A stretch of DNA of 64,000 nucleotides from a candidate division WWE3 bacterium (GCA_943354835.1 CALRDH010000002.1:106270-170269), one strand, 5' to 3'; positions 9,501-19,290 are shown, counted from the stretch's first letter. The notes: generated from the letters alone by a model not told the origin. Numbers and translations: made by a program.

Positions 9501-11670
9501 AAGTTCCTGTAAATACAAAAATATTAGGTTGGTGGTTTTCAAGTATATCGAATTCAAAAGATGCTAAACCATTTGAAGCATTTAAGACACTAACATCTTT
9601 GCTATATTCCCTTCCAATTGAAACGAAAATATTTTTAATTTCTGGAATTGTTTTTATGTTGATTTTTGCTTTATCACCGATTTTATAATTTTCTTTGTCT
9701 GACGTAATAGTAAATATTTCTGTATATTTATTATTAGCAGTTTTACTTATATAAAATTCTTGATTAAGGAGTATTAGATTTCCACCTTTATCTTTTGTTT
9801 CTAATTGAAGTTTGTAATATCCAGCTAACCCAGCAGTAAAGCTTATCTTGAATTTTCCATTATTGTCAGAAACAGCAGTTAAACCATCAATTATTTTTGT
9901 GTCTATGTCGTTCTCTTTTTTTAGAAGAGTTCCCGTAATCTTGTGACCATTAAGATTAACACCAGGAATATTTTGATTTAACTTATAAGAGTTTTTGATT
10001 GTAGTATTTTCTACTTTGTCCTGATTGTCTACTTCCGGTTCAATTATAAAATCTCCAGGATTAATTAAAGTCTTAATTGCGCTATTTGCTGTTGTACTTA
10101 AGCTGTCTAAATATTCTGTTTCAATAACCCAAAATTGTCTTTCTCCAGTATTATTCAGGGCAGTCAATTGTATTTCTGCTTGACCCTTTTTATCTAGTGC
10201 TACCGTACCTGTGCCTTGTTTGATTTCTAAATCTTTAGAAAAATAGTTTTCTTCTTGGCTATTGTATTTTGCATTTAAATAATCGCCGAATATCCATGCT
10301 TTGTACTGATAAATTTTGTACCTAATTTCTTTATTACGTAGAGGTTGGCCAAGAAATGCAGTACCTGAAAATTTCAGAATAACACTTTCACCAGGCTGAT
10401 ACATTAATTTATCTGTAGTTACAGTTATAGATGCGTCGGGTTTCCTGAAATTGGCAACCTGAAGCCCAGTATAACTTATATGATCATCACGATCTTTAAT
10501 TAATATTTCGTAATATCCAGGCTCAATATCAGCAGGGATTTGAATATCAGCATTAATTGTGCCGTTGGGTAATAGTTCTAGATTTTTTTCAATGATTATA
10601 TTTTCGTAAGTTCCAAATGAAATCTGATAGGTTTTTGTTTCAATTGAGTAATCTGCGTCATCATCTTTTCTTATGATTGCTTTAAAATGTGCTATATCAC
10701 CCGGTTTATATAAAAAGCGATCTGTGAACGCGAAGGATCTAGTGTTGGGTTCTCTAGTAGAAAAACTTGAATAACCCCGCGCAGAGTTGTAATTTAGATT
10801 AGATAGATTTACTGGAATTAGTGTTAAATCTTTATCTTTAGAAACTATAGCGAAATCAATTGCACTGTTAATATCGTTAACTGCTAAACCTCTATCATCA
10901 GTATTTAAACTTTCCAATTTTGAAATCTTTTTGTTGCTATTATATAAATCAATATTTGCATCATTAACAGAAGTGTAATTGGTGTCTTGTATCCAAAAAA
11001 TGTTTTCATTATCACCTTTATGAATAATTCCAGATAAGTTTGTGCGAATCAACATTGTTTCTGATTTTCCGCCGTTGACCTCACCTCTTAGAAACCAAAT
11101 ACCAATATCTTCTAGTGGTAAGTTTATTGGGTTTGATTCATATGTATCTTTATTATAGGTAACTTGTTGTTGAAAAGTTTTATCTACGGGAATAGAAGTA
11201 GTATCAAACTTATATAACTTCTCAATTTGATTTCCCCAACTATTATCTTCAATTACTTTGTATACTAAGTAATTTAGAAGATCTGATTTCGTAACTTTAT
11301 ATAAAGTAAAAGTACCTAGTCCAACTGTAGTTTTACTATTTTCTACTTTTATCGTTGATGGCGTTTTGGCACTAAGTACAATAACTCCTCCATTTGAACC
11401 ATAATTGTCTGAACCAGAAAAACTAAATTCAGTTGATTTTTCAAGAACCTTGCTAATAGATTGCGTAGTGTTATCAAGAGGTGCCTCTATTGGAGTAGAT
11501 GGATTGTTAATAATAAAATTTTCTGGCACATCCTGGCTTATCTGTTTATTAAGTGATTGGTATCTAATAACAAAAAAAGTAAAAACAGCTATGAAAGTGA
11601 ATAGTAAAATAGCAATAGGTCTTTTATTAATTGGAGCAATTTGCTTCACAAAACTCAGAATAACATGCAA
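6574..11670 (-). CDS. Bacterial alpha-2-macroglobulin family protein with internal Hint domain; N- and C-terminal TM segments
   Basis: MG2 motif FTDRFLYKPGD, VANFRKP, DTAYWNP..LPDNLTTW, C-terminal DYLPAGL/YKARV..GTFNVPPA; no CxEQ; start codon (TTG) uncertain. Confidence 0.92.
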   Translation of the reverse strand: MHVILSFVKQIAPINKRPIAILLFTFIAVFTFFVIRYQSLNKQISQDVPENFIINNPSTPIEAPLDNTTQSISKVLEKSTEFSFSGSDNYGSNGGVIVLSAKTPSTIKVENSKTTVGLGTFTLYKVTKSDLLNYLVYKVIEDNSWGNQIEKLYKFDTTSIPVDKTFQQQVTYNKDTYESNPINLPLEDIGIWFLRGEVNGGKSETMLIRTNLSGIIHKGDNENIFWIQDTNYTSVNDANIDLYNSNKKISKLESLNTDDRGLAVNDINSAIDFAIVSKDKDLTLIPVNLSNLNYNSARGYSSFSTREPNTRSFAFTDRFLYKPGDIAHFKAIIRKDDDADYSIETKTYQISFGTYENIIIEKNLELLPNGTINADIQIPADIEPGYYEILIKDRDDHISYTGLQVANFRKPDASITVTTDKLMYQPGESVILKFSGTAFLGQPLRNKEIRYKIYQYKAWIFGDYLNAKYNSQEENYFSKDLEIKQGTGTVALDKKGQAEIQLTALNNTGERQFWVIETEYLDSLSTTANSAIKTLINPGDFIIEPEVDNQDKVENTTIKNSYKLNQNIPGVNLNGHKITGTLLKKENDIDTKIIDGLTAVSDNNGKFKISFTAGLAGYYKLQLETKDKGGNLILLNQEFYISKTANNKYTEIFTITSDKENYKIGDKAKINIKTIPEIKNIFVSIGREYSKDVSVLNASNGLASFEFDILENHQPNIFVFTGTFLNESWKKSTLDIPVDTNDKKVFVSIDPSQKTFKPGETAQFDITAKDSNGNLIKTDMAFWVFDKALLELHNNSFDRVYENFWYKRSFSTSTNYSYQGISSNDGGGGGGGCFAGDTLITMSDGSKKRIDEVAKGDLIQTFRSTSTKEKAAAMVTGTHAVKVDGYMIINSSFKITPEHILFVNNKWIPAGEINIGDSLLKSDKTRLEVYSIEWIRGNFDVYNLAIENFHTFFANDIYVHNDKDNSRSQYKDTAYWNPNISTGEDGKASVTITLPDNLTTWVAAAITANDKTQVGTGQTEFIVTKDFVVRPIFPMFARTGDQLTLSALINNFSKNQDNFSVEAKLSGGDMSSSIQQIVVDTNDIQEIKFPTKITGMNENAIFNVKSQGQNNRNLIDNAIEKFPIYEYGSWQTQIDKKTDSASFSLNPTSGTDSKRLESSIELKASRYNEIDKILLPLVNNQYSGSIYDNAATLIAASLLKQNGKDLGIYFNQNELNQEVKTAIDSLKDNQDPNGYWINQTINTIDIDATIFILESISIARKAGYEIDQSFIDKTLSYIYKQNKSSAKIDLLQQYTLSLFPDKKQNSHALDITSSKDPEYISRALIANKRQGFDISKEAESRLPEIAYSTNNQLAWRGIYVKPNNSQKYIILGPTAWAVYASQQIGSKTIDIEKALDYLYRNPQSEPEIQALTLLTIIKYFQDTDQINPNYSYKVIADQKVLATGTVSSTQQQLKSVKVPASLFDSNSKIIIEKNGNGQLNSALVQKEFVIDKSHPAENNDLEITRKYLSTNINKKPIEIGDLIIVQLQIDGLGLGEDNVEIVDYLPAGLMAIDQSLDNGNFDDIPGQTDRTASHKITDQGIKLNFSTWNLSGTYVYKYKARVLSDGTFNVPPAVVKLNSDPSTWASTTAETFTVDGKNALDLNSVKIETTQVQQTNKIPNESTSVKQKVIYVLFIGTPILIIILLFILIRKKRTAKNK
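8788..9174 (-). other. Hint / bacterial intein-like domain (aa 833-961) inside the alpha-2-macroglobulin
   Basis: Block A CFAGDTLITMSDG, block B TPEH, blocks F/G VYNLAIENFHTFFANDIYVHN; 129 aa, no endonuclease; +1 residue is Asp. Confidence 0.92.
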
Positions 11671-11702
11671 GCAAATTCTTTACAACGATGATTGGTTCAT
11701 TG

Positions 11703-11787
11703 TGGTGCCGAGGAGAGGACTTGAACCTCCATCCCTTTTGAGGACTAGCTCCTAAAGCTAGCGTGTATGCCATTTCACCACCTCGGC
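11703..11787 (-). tRNA. tRNA-Leu(TAG)
   Basis: Cloverleaf with long variable arm, anticodon arm CTAGC-TTTAGGA-GCTAG, GGTTCAAGTCC, encoded CCA. Confidence 0.95.
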
Positions 11788-11825
11788 TTGTGTACCATCG
11801 TCCCCGAGATTATACAATATAAAGG

Positions 11826-14036
11826 CTACTTATTAATTTCTGGTAAGAAAATACTTTTTACTGAAGCGTTATCTCCGTTTTCGTTTGCATTTGGATCAGA
11901 AATTTGAACAGTGAAACTTCCGCTGGTATAAGGCTTCACACCGTTATTATTGTTGTCAAAGTCTCTTGTGACTATAGTTGCCACTGCATCAACGCCTTCT
12001 GGAGCCTTGAACTTGTGTTGGGTTGCAATTTTGGATTGATCATACTGATCATAATCACCACCATTTTCCATCGGAAAAAGCCATTCTGTACCATAGGCAT
12101 TATATCCAGACTCTGCTGGTGGATCATCAATAGAGCGATCCCAGATTATATCACCATCTTTATTAATTAATCCTAGTTTTACTACTGCTCTATCGCCGAT
12201 TGCAGGTGTTGTACTTGTAACTGATAAGCTACTTCCACCTTTTATTTTAAAATAAATACCAGCAGATGTTGGACTAGAATTTGTGGAGGCTAATTGTACT
12301 TGGTATTCTCCGGGTTTTTCAGGAGGCAGATTTTTTTCAGAAATCATAGGATTTGGAAGTAAATGATCCCCCAAATCTATTGTTCTTCCATCTGGCAATG
12401 ACATTATCATTCGTACTTGTTCTGTTGGATCGTATGCTAAACGTGGGAGGTTCAATAAGATAATTCCATTTTCTTCTCTTGCGCCCAAATCAAAATCCCG
12501 ATTATCAATTTTGCTAATAATTGTTACGTCAGATAGTGGCACTCCTAAAACTATTACACCATTTTGTAACGATGGCTCAGGTATTAAGTCTGAAAAGCTT
12601 TTATTTATTGCGATTTGGCCATAACCAGTTAATGGAGTTGCTTGAGATATTTGATAATCAATATCGACACTTGTAGGAATTTCAATTGCTGATCTTTTGT
12701 CTGTTTCTAGATTAAATGAAGTCTGACCGATTTGAAATGCAGCTGAAATTATATTGTCATTAGGGTCATCGTTTTTGGGGACGCTAAATTTTGCAGTATG
12801 GTTTGGTGGACATATGCCGACGACTTCACCTTCGAGGATTATTTCTTGTTCTAAACCACTGTTATTTGAAACGAATACAAATGGTTCTCCATTAGTGCCA
12901 ATTTCTAAACTTGCAGAACTCTCAACTGTTGAATCAGACATCTTAATTCCTGATCGTTGTATAACATCAGCCGATATAGCATCAAAATCAACTGGTTTAG
13001 ATATCTGGTGAATTATTGGCGTATAAGTGTTTAAGCCAGGTCTCATTCTTCTGTATGCTAGTCCAAATTCTTTATTAAATTCTGCCGATATAAATAGTGA
13101 GTTCATTGTGGCTTGTGGATCGTTTATTAGGTGTCTTGCAAATCTTTCTGTAAGATTATTATTGGCAGGTGTTAAGGCAAATCTGCTGGTTGCTGTAATA
13201 ACTGATAAATCCAAAAATTCAGAACTATCAGCACTAAGATACTGGTTGAGCCGTAAGAATATGTTTTCGTTTAATATATTAGGATCAATTTTATCCGTTT
13301 CATCTGCTTCTCTTGTAATTGTTCCGCCGCTGTAACATGAATCAACAAGTAGGCTTAAATTACATCTTTCAAGGTTTCCTGCTTTAGTCCTATTATTCAT
13401 GCCTTCGGCTATTGCGTCTGCGATTCTTTCTGTAGATAAAGTAATCTTATGGCGATTATCTCCGTCAGCGAGAATTAATTGCCATGAATCGCTCTTCTCA
13501 TCAATATATCCATGTCCGATTAAGTGAATAAATTTATCTGTTGACCCGCTTGATACAATTTCAACAATTTTTCTACATGCCAGCTCTAGCGCGTCTGTAT
13601 CAGCATTTGCTTCTAAGGTATCAGCAGGATCGCTAGGGTTTGAATATTTACTTAATTTATCATCAACCCAAGCACAAGTAGATATATCCAGTCCTAGTTT
13701 GTACATGTACATATCTTGCAGTTCGACCAAAGCCTCATCAATAAATACTTGTTCTCTGTTGCCTCTTCCGCCAATGAAAAGGACTTCAGGTTTTGAATCG
13801 CCGAGAATTTCGAGGGATGTTGGAGCTTCGCTTTCTCCTGAAACTGCTGCAGCAGTAGGAACGGCATTACCAGGAACTCCTAAAGCACTAAGTAGAGTCG
13901 CTGCACCTGCAACACCAGCAAGTCGTAAAAAGCCCCTTCGGGATATCTGGCTTGGGTTTTGTGTTGGTTCAACTGGAGTTGGAGGTAGAATGCTTGTAAT
14001 TTCTGTTTCCGGAGTTAAATTCGACGGATTTTCCAT
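11826..14036 (-). CDS. Twin-arginine-signal protein with caspase-fold (clan CD) peptidase-like domain
   Basis: SRRGFLRL + hydrophobic helix; IHLIGHG and LLVDSCYSG His/Cys dyad pattern. Confidence 0.6.
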   Translation of the reverse strand: MENPSNLTPETEITSILPPTPVEPTQNPSQISRRGFLRLAGVAGAATLLSALGVPGNAVPTAAAVSGESEAPTSLEILGDSKPEVLFIGGRGNREQVFIDEALVELQDMYMYKLGLDISTCAWVDDKLSKYSNPSDPADTLEANADTDALELACRKIVEIVSSGSTDKFIHLIGHGYIDEKSDSWQLILADGDNRHKITLSTERIADAIAEGMNNRTKAGNLERCNLSLLVDSCYSGGTITREADETDKIDPNILNENIFLRLNQYLSADSSEFLDLSVITATSRFALTPANNNLTERFARHLINDPQATMNSLFISAEFNKEFGLAYRRMRPGLNTYTPIIHQISKPVDFDAISADVIQRSGIKMSDSTVESSASLEIGTNGEPFVFVSNNSGLEQEIILEGEVVGICPPNHTAKFSVPKNDDPNDNIISAAFQIGQTSFNLETDKRSAIEIPTSVDIDYQISQATPLTGYGQIAINKSFSDLIPEPSLQNGVIVLGVPLSDVTIISKIDNRDFDLGAREENGIILLNLPRLAYDPTEQVRMIMSLPDGRTIDLGDHLLPNPMISEKNLPPEKPGEYQVQLASTNSSPTSAGIYFKIKGGSSLSVTSTTPAIGDRAVVKLGLINKDGDIIWDRSIDDPPAESGYNAYGTEWLFPMENGGDYDQYDQSKIATQHKFKAPEGVDAVATIVTRDFDNNNNGVKPYTSGSFTVQISDPNANENGDNASVKSIFLPEINK

Positions 14037-14039
14037 GTT

Positions 14040-14741
14040 TTAGATTTCAGTTTCTTCTATCATTTCCATAAATGTTGAAACGCTTTTGGTCCAATGTGAA
14101 AGATCTGGGTCTCCGCCTGCGCGATTTACAGATCCTGGGTTATACCAAATTACAACGTCTTCTGGCGAAGTTGTTAGTTCACGCTTTTCGGCATTGCGTT
14201 TTATTCCGCGAGCGACCCTGCCTATAAATACTTCCCAAGATTCTGATGAGTAGCCACCGACATTTTTTGTGGTTTGATTATCGTCATATACGGCCCATCC
14301 CCAAGCGTTGTAAGATTCTTGCCCATTAAATTGTGGAGTCGTTTTGCCTCCGCTACTTTCTTTTTGAGCAATTGCAGGAAGCAAATATGGGTTTAGATTG
14401 TTAAGAAGAGCTTCTTTTAAAAAAGTGCAACCGTAGCCTGCTAGAGGCGTTTTTCGCTTTGCGAAAAACGCATTAATCTTTCTTGCCTCAACATTCTGGC
14501 AGTTATCAGTTATATCATCTGGATTTAGTTTCTCCTTTATTTGCGCCTCCTCTAATATACTTGGTGCCAAATCAATTCTAAAATCCGAAGCTTCTTGAAA
14601 CTCCACTTGAGCATTTGATTTTGCTATATCATCAGAACCATTTACTAACCAATACATGGATACAAATAAAAGGCCAAATGACAACGAAAAATAATAAATG
14701 ACAGGCAAAATAATATGCTTTGCGGACAGGTTTTGTTGCAT
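14040..14741 (-). CDS. Membrane-anchored lysozyme-like / glucosaminidase-like protein
   Basis: N-terminal TM; NPYLLPAIAQKESSGGK and YNAWGW motifs; start trimmed to avoid the tRNA. Confidence 0.7.
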   Translation of the reverse strand: MQQNLSAKHIILPVIYYFSLSFGLLFVSMYWLVNGSDDIAKSNAQVEFQEASDFRIDLAPSILEEAQIKEKLNPDDITDNCQNVEARKINAFFAKRKTPLAGYGCTFLKEALLNNLNPYLLPAIAQKESSGGKTTPQFNGQESYNAWGWAVYDDNQTTKNVGGYSSESWEVFIGRVARGIKRNAEKRELTTSPEDVVIWYNPGSVNRAGGDPDLSHWTKSVSTFMEMIEETEI

Positions 14742-14793
14742 TAAAAAACAGCATACCAAACAAAAAAAAATGGGGCAAATGTCATAGAGTTTC

Positions 14794-14879
14794 TGGTGCC
14801 GAGGAGAGGACTTGAACCTCCATTCGCTTGCGCGAACAGCCTTCTGAAGACTGCGTGTCTGCCATTTCACCACCTCGGC
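14794..14879 (-). tRNA. tRNA-Leu(CAG)
   Basis: Anticodon arm CAGTC-TTCAGAA-GGCTG, long variable arm, encoded CCA. Confidence 0.95.
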
Positions 14880-14948
14880 CTGGCTCGCTCATCGTCCATA
14901 TTATACCCTCTTTACATTCCTTATCGTTATGATTAGTATGAAGTTACA

Positions 14949-14963
14949 TCCCCCACCGGGGGA
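14949..14963. promoter_or_regulatory. Probable CsoR operator
   Basis: TCCCCC-ACC-GGGGGA C-tract/G-tract palindrome just upstream of csoR, the typical shape of CsoR/RcnR sites. Confidence 0.65.
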
Positions 14964-14985
14964 CTGCACTTTGTTCAAAAAAATT

Positions 14986-15246
14986 ATGATGCACGATAAG
15001 TCAAAAATATTACACAGAATTAAGATTATTAAAGGCCATATTTCAGCAATTGAAAAAATGATTGAAGATGATCGTTATTGTTTAGATGTCGTTCATCAGT
15101 CTCAAGCAGTTCAAAAAGCTTTAAAGAATCTTGATGGACTGTTAATTACAGATCATATTAATCATTGTGTAGTAGAGCAAGCTAAGTTAAATGAGTATGA
15201 GAAGATTGCATCCGAGTTAATTAAAATATATGAATTCAAACAATAA
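14986..15246 (+). CDS. csoR: CsoR/RcnR family metal-sensing repressor
   Basis: RIKIIKGH..IEKMIEDDRYC..V..Q..AV..AL...HINHC with the C-H-C copper ligands; heads the copper operon. Confidence 0.9.
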   Translation: MMHDKSKILHRIKIIKGHISAIEKMIEDDRYCLDVVHQSQAVQKALKNLDGLLITDHINHCVVEQAKLNEYEKIASELIKIYEFKQ

Positions 15247-16603
15247 ACCCAATAAGCACAGTAAAACTTTTTATGTCGAAGGCATGCATTGTAATGCATG
15301 TGAGATGTTAATTAAGCAAGATATTTCAAGCTTAGATGGCGTTTCGAATGTTGATGTTTCGCAAGCGGACTCTTGTGCAGTTGTTACGGCAGATTCACAA
15401 AAAAAGATTCCAGGTCTTTCTGAACTTAATGCAAAGTTTAAAGATTCCGGATATAAATTTTATGACTCAAAAGCCAGCATTTCCAAATTAAGTAAACAGG
15501 ATTTTTATTTGGCATTATCAGCTTCTATCATATTTATCATTTTATTCATCGCTTTAGAAAGGTCTGGCGTTACAAGCAAAATTTCTTTAAGCGGAGAAAG
15601 CGGAGACTTTGCATTTTTTTCATATTTCTTATTCGGCCTTGCAGCAGGAATTTCAAGTTGTGCTGCTCTTGTTGGTGGCCTTCTACTTTCACTTTCCAAA
15701 AAATGGGAGAAAAGTTTATATCCGTTTATTCTATTTAATTCTGCAAGGCTAATTGCTTTTGCTGTTTTTGGTGGAATTTTAGGATTTATAGGAAGTGCGA
15801 TTTCGATTTCAATTGGTGTTACAAGTTTCATCGCAATACTAATTGCAATATTTATGTTATTTATTGGTCTTCAAATGTTAGGTGTTAAAGGCTTTAAAAA
15901 TATTTCACTAAATAACTTTATTAAGATTCCATATTTAGATAAGAATCAGGATTTTAAAGGTAAATATATGCCGATAATTGTTGGTGCGGCTACTTTCTTT
16001 GTTCCATGCGGATTTACAATGATTGCCCAAACTACAGTATTAACATCTGGAAGCGCAATATCAGGTGCAATAAATTTATTTGCATTTGCACTAGGAACCT
16101 TGCCTGTTTTAGCCATAATAAGTTTTTCAAGCGTAAAAATATATGCGAATCAAAAATTTTCACGACAGTTTAATATATTTGCTGGTGCTTTAATTGTATT
16201 TTTTGCATTGTATTCGCTTAACTCTCAACTAAATGTTTTGGGGCTCAAAAGTTTAAATGATATAAAAAAGAGTCCTGTGCAAAGTAAACAAAGCACTAAA
16301 ACAAAAACTCCAAGTACCTCTGTTGTCGATGACTCCAAGCAATCAATCGAAATGGAAGCTTCTGGTTTTGAATATTTCCCAAAACAGTTCACTATAAAAT
16401 CTGGTTTAAAAACAAGATGGGATATTTTTGAAAACGATGCAGTTGGATGCGCAAAAGCCGTATATGCAAGAGGATTATACAAAGACATAATTTATTTGAA
16501 ACCAGGTATGAACTCGGTTAGCTTTATCGCACCAGAGCCCGGAACGTATAAAGTTTCGTGCTCGATGGGTATGGTTGATCCAGTTTATGTGAAAGTAATA
16601 TGA
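15230..16603 (+). CDS. HMA + DsbD_2/TauE-like membrane domain + cupredoxin fusion protein
   Basis: GMHCNAC, SSCAALVGG, FFVPCGFT, C-terminal GC..(x)n..CSMGM. Confidence 0.88.
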   Translation: MNSNNKPNKHSKTFYVEGMHCNACEMLIKQDISSLDGVSNVDVSQADSCAVVTADSQKKIPGLSELNAKFKDSGYKFYDSKASISKLSKQDFYLALSASIIFIILFIALERSGVTSKISLSGESGDFAFFSYFLFGLAAGISSCAALVGGLLLSLSKKWEKSLYPFILFNSARLIAFAVFGGILGFIGSAISISIGVTSFIAILIAIFMLFIGLQMLGVKGFKNISLNNFIKIPYLDKNQDFKGKYMPIIVGAATFFVPCGFTMIAQTTVLTSGSAISGAINLFAFALGTLPVLAIISFSSVKIYANQKFSRQFNIFAGALIVFFALYSLNSQLNVLGLKSLNDIKKSPVQSKQSTKTKTPSTSVVDDSKQSIEMEASGFEYFPKQFTIKSGLKTRWDIFENDAVGCAKAVYARGLYKDIIYLKPGMNSVSFIAPEPGTYKVSCSMGMVDPVYVKVI

Positions 16604-18870
16604 AAAAAATCATAAAAAAATCGTATCCGGTTATGGGAATGCATTGCGCTTCATGTGCATCGGTCATAAAACGAAAGCTTGAAAAACTTGATGGGGTTGA
16701 ATCATGCACCGTCAACTATGGTAACGAAAAAGCTCAAGTTGCATATGATCCACAGAAAGTGACAGTTTCCCAAATGAATCACGAAATTGATAAACTTGGG
16801 TACTCTTTGATGGAGGGTGAAATGGATCATTCTGATAGTTCAATTAAATCACAGAAATTAAAAGACCTTGCCAAACTTCAACGACATGTCCAAATTGTCT
16901 TGCCTATGGTCGCTGTCAGTATTCTTGTGATGGCATGGGAAATTGGAGCAGATCCACTTGGGTTTTGGCCTAAAATGCCCGAGATGCTTATGGAGTTCTT
17001 TCATCATCTCTTACCAGTTTTTGCCACTTATGCTTTGTTTGTGATTGGAGTTCCGTACTTACAAGGCGTGATTCGCTTTTTTAGATACAGAGTCGCTAAC
17101 ATGGACAGCCTAGTTGGAATCGGAACATCTGTAGCGTTTCTTTATAGCTTTATAGTAACGGCTTTTGAAGAATCACTCGCTTCTTACGTTAATACCGAAC
17201 AAAATTATTATGATGTCACAATTGTCGTGATTGGATTTATTACTCTTGGCAAGTTCCTTGAAGCTCGCTCAAAGTTAAAAACTGGTGAAGCCATAGAAAA
17301 GCTTTTGGGATTGCAAGTTAAAAATGCACTTATACTTCGTGATGGTAAAGAGATAGAAGTACCCATTGATCAAGTAGTAGTTGGCGATATTATGCTTGTA
17401 AAGCCTGGGGCGAAAATTCCTTTAGATGGAGTCATTATAGAAGGTAAATCATCAATCGATGAATCCATGATTACAGGTGAGTCAATTCCAGTAGACAAAG
17501 GACCAGGAGATACTGTTATTGGATCCACTATCAATAAACAAGGTTCACTACAAATCAGAGTCGTAAAAGTTGGTAGTGACACTATGTTGTCACAAATTAT
17601 TAAAATGGTGGAAGATGCGCAAGGCTCAAAAGCTCCTATTGAGCGAATGGTTGATCAAATATCTGCAATTTTTGTCCCAATAGTTTTGGTTTTATCAGTC
17701 GTGACATTGATATTCTGGTTAGTGATTGGTAGCCAATTTATGCCGTTTTCGCAAGCTTTGACCTTGGGTATTTTGAGTTTTGTGGGAATTCTCGTGATTG
17801 CCTGTCCATGCGCGATGGGACTTGCCACTCCTACGGCTATTATCGTTGGAGTCGGGAAAGCTGCACAGAATGGAATCTTAATTAAAAACGCAGAAAGTTT
17901 AGAGAAATTTAATTACATCAATTTTGTCATCATGGACAAAACCGGTACCATTACCAATGGCAAGCCGGTTGTAACTGACATTCAATCAATTGGTTCTAAC
18001 TCAGAGAAAGATATTTTACAGCTCCTTGCTTCACTAGAAAGCCATTCTGAACATCCATTGGCTTTTGCGATAGTCGAAAAAGCAAAGAATGAGAAACTTA
18101 GTTTGCATAAAGTCAAAGACTTTGAAGCGATTGAAGGAAAGGGTCTGAAAGGTACGATTGGTGATACAGAACATTTTGCTGGAAATCTCAAGCTTGCCAG
18201 TGATTTAAAGATAGCTGTTGATGATGAGGTAATAAAGACTTTTACTTCGCAAGGCAAAACTCCTGTTGTTTTTATGACCAAGCAAAACGTTATTGGTTAC
18301 ATTGGAATTGCAGACACTATAAAAGATGACGCCAAAGAAGCAGTAGCCGCTCTTCATAAACAAGGAATCAAAGTAGCTATGTTGACTGGTGATAACGAAA
18401 GAACCGCACAGTATATTGCCAAGCAGGTCGGTATTGATCGAGTGATCGCTGAAGTATTGCCAGCCGATAAAGCTAGTGAGATAAAAAAACTTCAAAAAGA
18501 GGGATACAAAGTGGCTATGGTTGGTGATGGCATTAACGATGCTCCAGCTCTTGCTACAGCTGACGTTGGGGTTGCGATGGGAACAGGCACTGACGTTGCT
18601 ATAGAATCAGCGGGAATAACACTTTTGGGAGGGCATATTTCTAAACTTCCTAAAGCTGTAAGTTTGGCACGAGCGACTATGAATATTATCAAACAAAATC
18701 TCTTCTGGGCATTTTTCTATAATATCATTGGTATCCCTATCGCAGCTGGATTACTTTATCCACTTTTTGGTATTCTTTTGAACCCTGCCATTGCCGGGGC
18801 GGCAATGGGATTTAGTAGCGTATCGGTGGTTGCGAATTCATTAAGATTAAAAAGTCAGAAAATAGCTTAA
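16600..18870 (+). CDS. copA: Copper-translocating P1B-type ATPase
   Basis: GMHCASC, TGES, CPC, DKTGT, SEHPL, GDGINDAP, YN/MxxSS Cu(I) motifs. Confidence 0.96.
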   Translation: MKKIIKKSYPVMGMHCASCASVIKRKLEKLDGVESCTVNYGNEKAQVAYDPQKVTVSQMNHEIDKLGYSLMEGEMDHSDSSIKSQKLKDLAKLQRHVQIVLPMVAVSILVMAWEIGADPLGFWPKMPEMLMEFFHHLLPVFATYALFVIGVPYLQGVIRFFRYRVANMDSLVGIGTSVAFLYSFIVTAFEESLASYVNTEQNYYDVTIVVIGFITLGKFLEARSKLKTGEAIEKLLGLQVKNALILRDGKEIEVPIDQVVVGDIMLVKPGAKIPLDGVIIEGKSSIDESMITGESIPVDKGPGDTVIGSTINKQGSLQIRVVKVGSDTMLSQIIKMVEDAQGSKAPIERMVDQISAIFVPIVLVLSVVTLIFWLVIGSQFMPFSQALTLGILSFVGILVIACPCAMGLATPTAIIVGVGKAAQNGILIKNAESLEKFNYINFVIMDKTGTITNGKPVVTDIQSIGSNSEKDILQLLASLESHSEHPLAFAIVEKAKNEKLSLHKVKDFEAIEGKGLKGTIGDTEHFAGNLKLASDLKIAVDDEVIKTFTSQGKTPVVFMTKQNVIGYIGIADTIKDDAKEAVAALHKQGIKVAMLTGDNERTAQYIAKQVGIDRVIAEVLPADKASEIKKLQKEGYKVAMVGDGINDAPALATADVGVAMGTGTDVAIESAGITLLGGHISKLPKAVSLARATMNIIKQNLFWAFFYNIIGIPIAAGLLYPLFGILLNPAIAGAAMGFSSVSVVANSLRLKSQKIA

Positions 18871-18873
18871 GAA

Positions 18874-19290
18874 TTAGGAGAATGGGTTTATAACTTCAAT
18901 TTCCTTAAATTTTAGAAAATCTTTTGGGTTGTTTGTGTAAATTGTCGAAACGCAGTAATCAATCATGTGTGCTACAAGGTTTGCATCATAAATTCCATAT
19001 GACTTTACTTTATATTTGTTGATTAAGGTTTCAAGTACATCAATGGTGGATGATCTTGTTGTAAGAACTTTGAATTGTTCTTTTAGTTTATTTATTTCTT
19101 TCCATGCAGTTTGAGGAGTAAATGTGTTCGTGTAAATCTCGAATGATGTTATAACTCTAAATGTTTCGATTATGTTTTGATTTGTAATACAAGCATTTGG
19201 CATATCGATGAGCTCACGGGATTTTTTGTAATATTTCGATTTATCGTCAAATGCATAAATCAGGATGTTGCTATCAAATAATTTCATCAT
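18874..19290 (-). CDS. PIN-domain toxin (VapC-like)
   Basis: FDSNILIYA, E, IYDANLVA, TNNPKDF acidic PIN residues; overlaps the antitoxin. Confidence 0.85.
   Translation of the reverse strand: MMKLFDSNILIYAFDDKSKYYKKSRELIDMPNACITNQNIIETFRVITSFEIYTNTFTPQTAWKEINKLKEQFKVLTTRSSTIDVLETLINKYKVKSYGIYDANLVAHMIDYCVSTIYTNNPKDFLKFKEIEVINPFS

Noticed and set aside
14742-14873. N-terminal extensions of ORFs through tRNAs or promoters (also 56240-56368, 53816-53929, 40494-40577)
   Set aside because: They overlap tRNA genes or regulatory DNA; downstream ATGs fit better
11703-14879. 29-bp direct repeat flanking two secreted-protein genes, resembling attL/attR
   Set aside because: Both copies are complete tRNA-Leu genes with different anticodons, and there is no integrase between them
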